Source: an uncultured Candidatus Saccharibacteria bacterium (GTDB lineage: Bacteria > Patescibacteriota > Saccharimonadia > Saccharimonadales > Saccharimonadaceae). Taken from it: a stretch of 64,000 nucleotides of DNA. The notes under the pieces are model-generated. The model searched no databases. It worked only from the letters and a program-made list of their open reading frames with translations, and was not told where the DNA came from. Both the position numbers and the translations under genes were made by a program. This document shows, in pieces, positions 59,842 through 64,000 of the stretch (its first letter is position 1; each line of letters opens with the position of its first letter). The stretch lies in NCBI GenBank assembly GCA_937924995.1, contig CALEXY010000011.1:11598-75597 (forward strand). Reading direction: 5' to 3'.

Positions 59842-59872
59842 AAAATACCACCCTCCATTCGGTGGTATTTTT
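59842..59872 (+). terminator. Terminator after the CHAP gene
   Basis: aaaataccacc...ggtggtatttt. Confidence 0.8.
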
Positions 59873-59920
59873 CTAAGAATTAAAAGAATACCCTTTTCCC
59901 GATTATGCTATAATTAAATA

Positions 59921-61114
59921 ATGAAAACAGAGTGGAAACCACGAAAAATCAATCTTAGCACTTCAATTATCACCTCATTTATTTTCCTCGTTGCAGGATT
60001 TTTTGTTGGTTCTAATTGGCAATTCATTATTACAAATTTTTCACCTTATATTGGCTTTCGTAAAAGCGAACAGGCTAATTGGGATTCTCTTAATGAAATT
60101 TACACTGAATTAAAATCTTTCTATGATGGCGCCGTCACCGAAGAAAATGCCCTCACTGGCGCCAAGCGTGGTATTGCCGCCGCCCTAGATGACCCATATA
60201 CTACTTATCTTACCGCCAAGGAGGGGGACGAATTCTTATCTGACCTCAACGGTGAAATTAATGAAGCCGGGGTTGGTATGGAGCTAACTTTTCGCAATAA
60301 TCACACGGTGGTAGTACGTACACTTCCAGACAATCCTGCTCGTAAGGCCGGCATTAAACCAGGTGATCGTATTATGAAAATTGGCGACGAAAGCGTAGAT
60401 GGTAAAACCACCGAAGAGGTCGCCAAAAAACTCCGCGGCAAAGCCGGAGACAAGGTAAAAGTTGAAATACTCCGTGGCACCGACACTCTAACTTTCGAAA
60501 TGACTCGTGAAAAAATTAATAATGTCTCTGCCGATATTTCCTATAGTGATAAAACCGCCATCATCTCTGTTTATCGTTTCGCCGAAGATACCGGCTCTCT
60601 TGTACGCAAACTCGCTGAACAAGCTAAAGCCAAACAGGTTAATAAAGTCATTCTTGATCTTCGCAATAATGGAGGTGGCTATGTCTCTGCTGCCGGCGAA
60701 ATGCTCTCACTCTGGCTTAATGGTGGCGATAAATTTATGATTGAAAAATCTATCCATAATGACGACAAAACTGACTACGTTCCTCGTGGCAAAAATCCTA
60801 TTTTTAAGGACACCAAAACCATCGTTCTTATTAATCGATCTACCGCCTCTGCTTCCGAAATCGTCGCTGGTGCCCTCAAAGATCATCAAAAAGCCACCAT
60901 TGTTGGTATGACTTCCTTCGGTAAGGGTGTCATGCAAACCATGCTCAACCTCAGCGATGGCGGCAAGCTTAAGGTGACCACCGCCCACTGGTATACCCCA
61001 AACGGCTCCTCAATCAATAAGACCGGCATCAAGCCAGACGTCGAAGTTGATCGCACGGTTCAGGATATTACCGAAGACAAAGACCCTCAACTCGATAAAG
61101 CCAAATCACTCTAG
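59921..61114 (+). CDS. S41 C-terminal processing protease (CtpA-like)
   Basis: DPYT, PDZ domain, DLRNNGGG, TASASEI, FGKG, GIKPD, DPQL. Confidence 0.93.
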   Translation: MKTEWKPRKINLSTSIITSFIFLVAGFFVGSNWQFIITNFSPYIGFRKSEQANWDSLNEIYTELKSFYDGAVTEENALTGAKRGIAAALDDPYTTYLTAKEGDEFLSDLNGEINEAGVGMELTFRNNHTVVVRTLPDNPARKAGIKPGDRIMKIGDESVDGKTTEEVAKKLRGKAGDKVKVEILRGTDTLTFEMTREKINNVSADISYSDKTAIISVYRFAEDTGSLVRKLAEQAKAKQVNKVILDLRNNGGGYVSAAGEMLSLWLNGGDKFMIEKSIHNDDKTDYVPRGKNPIFKDTKTIVLINRSTASASEIVAGALKDHQKATIVGMTSFGKGVMQTMLNLSDGGKLKVTTAHWYTPNGSSINKTGIKPDVEVDRTVQDITEDKDPQLDKAKSL

Positions 61115-61180
61115 CTTAAACCTTGTGGTTTTTCCTAAATTGTTTTAGAATAATATAATAATTAACTATGAAAGGATGTT

Positions 61181-61408
61181 ATGATCAAAGTCATTACGAG
61201 TCCTACTTGCGGCTACTGCCACGCTCTTATTGATTGGTTAGAGCAAAAAAATCTTGAATATGTCGAACTTGATGCCAGTAATTTTCCAGGCATTTCTGCG
61301 GTTCCTATCACTATTATTACTGATGAGTCCGACAAAAATCCTATTCAAGTTCTTGGTTTTGACCGCGAAGGTATCTTGAACGCACTCGAAAAAATTAAAG
61401 CTGTTTAA
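61181..61408 (+). CDS. Glutaredoxin/NrdH-like redoxin
   Basis: TSPTCGYC, SAVP, LGFD. Confidence 0.85.
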   Translation: MIKVITSPTCGYCHALIDWLEQKNLEYVELDASNFPGISAVPITIITDESDKNPIQVLGFDREGILNALEKIKAV

Positions 61409-61411
61409 TTT

Positions 61412-62161
61412 ATGAAAAAATCCGACCAAAAACCACCTATTCTTCTTATCCACGGATTTCGTGGCAATCATTTAGGTTTGGCCGAATTTCAAAAGCTACT
61501 CGAAGCTGAGGGGTACCAGGTCTTTAGCCCTGACATACCACCAGCTTTTAACACCCAAGACGAAACCTTGCCAATTTTTAACGATTTTACCAAAGATGGC
61601 TATGCTGATTTTATCGCTAATTATATTCTCGATAATCATCTAGATCACCCCATCCTCATTGGTCACTCCATGGGTTCCATTCTCGCTGCCGCCACGGCCG
61701 AAAAATATAGTCATCTCATTCATGATAAAATTTTTTTCCTTAGCCCCATTGCCACTCACCCACCAAAATTCATCCTGCCACTTATTCCACTGATGACACT
61801 TGTGCCAAATAAATTTGTCGGCTATGTCTGCACGGAATTTCTCATCGCTAGTGCCCATCGTTCTAAAAAACGTCAAATTCTTGATCTCACCTATAAATGC
61901 TCGCGTAAAATTACTTCTGTTAGAGACGAAATACGTGCCGCTGTTTTCTCCATGTCCCATTCAATTTCCGATTTCAATTTCAAAAAACAGGCCTACTTTA
62001 TCGCTGGTAGTAAAGATCGCATGAATCCGTCCCGTAAAGTAAGGGAAATTGCCAAAAAATTTCATGCCGAAGTAGACTTCATTCCTCAGACCGGCCATCT
62101 CATTAATTACGAGGTTCCAGAAAAAATCGCTGAACTAGTCTTGCCAAAACTCAAAAATTAG
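61412..62161 (+). CDS. Alpha/beta-fold hydrolase
   Basis: IHGFRG, GHSMG nucleophile elbow, GSKD, GHLINYEVP. Confidence 0.9.
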   Translation: MKKSDQKPPILLIHGFRGNHLGLAEFQKLLEAEGYQVFSPDIPPAFNTQDETLPIFNDFTKDGYADFIANYILDNHLDHPILIGHSMGSILAAATAEKYSHLIHDKIFFLSPIATHPPKFILPLIPLMTLVPNKFVGYVCTEFLIASAHRSKKRQILDLTYKCSRKITSVRDEIRAAVFSMSHSISDFNFKKQAYFIAGSKDRMNPSRKVREIAKKFHAEVDFIPQTGHLINYEVPEKIAELVLPKLKN

Positions 62162-62226
62162 TTTTAAATAAAATATTTTTATCCCAGAGCCGTAGTGGTT
62201 CTTTTTTTGATTATTTTTCATTCTTC

Positions 62227-62245
62227 ATAACTTGCTTATGCTTAA
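62227..62245 (+). promoter_or_regulatory. Third copy of the comEC-upstream motif
   Basis: ataacttgcttatgcttaa is the exact reverse complement of 18547-18565. Confidence 0.55.
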
Positions 62246-62381
62246 CTAATTTTTTCTTAAAATAACAGAGAAGAAAGTTCATTTTTCCACCATTTTTACT
62301 CATTTTCACTTGTTTTATTTTTCATTTCAGCCAATAATCAAATTAGAACTTTTACCGAAAATACAAAATAGAAAGGAAATT

Positions 62382-64000
62382 ATGTCCTCATCCAGACAGT
62401 CTCATTTTGTTGTTTGTAAAAAACCCAAAATTAAGCCTAAGATACCCCAAAAAACTCCGCGTTTTCTCTATTTTTCCAGTGCATTAGCTATTTGTGTAGC
62501 TAATCTTATACCGCTAGCCACGGTCAATTCAAAATCCGTAGAATGTAAAGATATTCAAGTCGTTTTCGCCCGTGGTTCGGGAGAAAAAGCTAAGACCAAT
62601 ATTAATTATCAAAAATTTAAAGATAGTCTTATTGGAGTATTACAAACAGCAAACAAAACCCATGATTTTTACGATCTAGGAGAATCAAATCGCTATGGCT
62701 ATCAATACCCCGCGGTCAGTGTTGAAAATTTAAAAGCTATTACCGACACATATTTTAACGCTGGTAAAAACGATTATTTCAATCATAGTGTCACTACAGG
62801 CATTAAAGAGATGCATGCCTTATATCGCGACATCACCAAGCGTTGCCCAAATACCAAATTTATTCTCGGTGGCTATTCTCAAGGTGCCATCGTGATGAGT
62901 CATGCCATTCGCACACTTGATCCCGAAAAAATTATCCACCTCTCAACTTTCGGTGATCCAAAATTACATCTCCCAGAAGGAGAAGGTAAGGATAAACCAT
63001 GTTATCATGGCATACATTCTGATTATCGTATTAATGTCCCCGATTGCAACGTAGAGCATGGCATCCTAGGGGCGCAAAAACCTTATCTACCAAACGCCAA
63101 GTTCTCTGGTAAAATTGGCACTTGGTGCAATTCTGGTGATTTTATGTGTGGCAGCTTCTTTGATCCACTAGGCCTTTCCGAAATCAATCTCGGAAAATTT
63201 CAGTTTATCCATCAAAACCTTATTTCAGGACATCTCGCCTATGCAGGCCGCGATGCTTACGCCGAATCTGCACATATAGTTGGCCAAATTCTACATGGCG
63301 CCAAAAAACTCGCAAAACCTGGCACTCTAAATGTCGGTTATTCATCATATTTTATTAAGCAGCTCCAGGATCGTTTGGCTCATCCAAAAATCAATAGTAT
63401 CGACCATGAATATATTGTCGCCATTAATTTCAATAAAGCCAATCCAGCCGCCTTGTCTTTGCAATACAAAAAACTAATTAGCAATATCGAAGCCAGAAAA
63501 CATAGGCATGCACTTTTTCATATCTATAAAGTAGATTTCGCTACCGACCATCATGGTTTTGCCAAATATCAAAAAATTACAGATTTTAATACTAACACCG
63601 ACAATCTACTTCAGTTAGAGCAGCAACTAAAACAACATTACGACGAGTCTAATACCTCCGTAAAAAACGCATCGATCATTGACCTCTATCAAGCAATCTA
63701 TCAAATTTCATCCGAACAAAAGCTTCAACATGATACCACTAAAGGATTTATCCTTTCTACTCCAGCCGAAATTTATTTTGATTACGCTAGTGGAGAATAT
63801 ATACAAAAACTTAAATATCTTTTAGAGGCTAAACATCTTACACCGTTTATTATCAATGGCGATGGCGGCAGACCAGAATACACCAGTTCAGTTTATAATT
63901 TTACCCTTGATATGCATGGCCATTATTTTAGCAATGCTGCCAGTGAAAAATTCATCGATGAAAAATTAGAGTTAGTAGAGAATCAGCCAAAGACTCGTGC
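62382..64000 (+). CDS. Secreted cutinase-family (CE5) esterase with additional C-terminal domain(s); 3' partial, absent from the ORF track
   Basis: Manual translation: aaagga RBS, signal/TM, CKDIQVVFARGSGE, CPNTKFILGGYSQGA, TFGDP, WCNSGDFMC, GHLAY. Confidence 0.85.
   Translation, partial: MSSSRQSHFVVCKKPKIKPKIPQKTPRFLYFSSALAICVANLIPLATVNSKSVECKDIQVVFARGSGEKAKTNINYQKFKDSLIGVLQTANKTHDFYDLGESNRYGYQYPAVSVENLKAITDTYFNAGKNDYFNHSVTTGIKEMHALYRDITKRCPNTKFILGGYSQGAIVMSHAIRTLDPEKIIHLSTFGDPKLHLPEGEGKDKPCYHGIHSDYRINVPDCNVEHGILGAQKPYLPNAKFSGKIGTWCNSGDFMCGSFFDPLGLSEINLGKFQFIHQNLISGHLAYAGRDAYAESAHIVGQILHGAKKLAKPGTLNVGYSSYFIKQLQDRLAHPKINSIDHEYIVAINFNKANPAALSLQYKKLISNIEARKHRHALFHIYKVDFATDHHGFAKYQKITDFNTNTDNLLQLEQQLKQHYDESNTSVKNASIIDLYQAIYQISSEQKLQHDTTKGFILSTPAEIYFDYASGEYIQKLKYLLEAKHLTPFIINGDGGRPEYTSSVYNFTLDMHGHYFSNAASEKFIDEKLELVENQPKTR

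Noticed and set aside
6622..62161. Genome-wide TAG reassignment
   Set aside because: Eight genes end in TAG at natural-looking termini (e.g. S41 DPQLDKAKSL*), RF1 is intact, and only lysS is interrupted
1..64000. Prophage, IS element, integrase, reverse transcriptase or recognised defence system
   Set aside because: No such protein motifs found in any ORF; the helicase-nuclease fusion sits in a housekeeping context

Overview
This is a gene-dense, mostly housekeeping 64 kb segment, about 40% GC by eye. Gene content and several lineage-typical hypothetical proteins suggest a Saccharibacteria (TM7, Patescibacteria/CPR) chromosome; that assignment is inference. It encodes replication and repair genes (dnaX, dnaB, ybaB, recR, rmuC, a UvrD-nuclease fusion), translation genes (rplJL, rpmE, rpsB, tsf, frr, prfA, prfB, prmC, cysS, proS, lysS, serS, hpf, tRNA-Val and two tRNA-Gln), and envelope/division genes (secA, lepB, htrA, rseP, murD-murL, ftsEX-CHAP-S41). 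It also carries comEC, rimK with its protease partner, a queuosine-salvage pair (yhhQ-tgt), a BspA/DUF285 surface protein and a secreted cutinase-like protein. No CRISPR array, transposase, integrase or prophage was seen. The most notable observations are: (1) lysS is split by a single in-frame amber codon with an intact reading frame beyond it; (2) no TGA stop among 59 genes, a prfB without its frameshift, and RF1/RF2 GGQ domains that are nearly identical; (3) an exact 17-19 bp motif shared, in the same orientation, upstream of comEC and the cutinase gene; (4) a MurD2/MurL-type peptidoglycan pathway; (5) recurring 26-43 bp tandem duplications at gene ends; (6) widespread leaderless-type promoters; (7) repeated loss of structural zinc-finger motifs.
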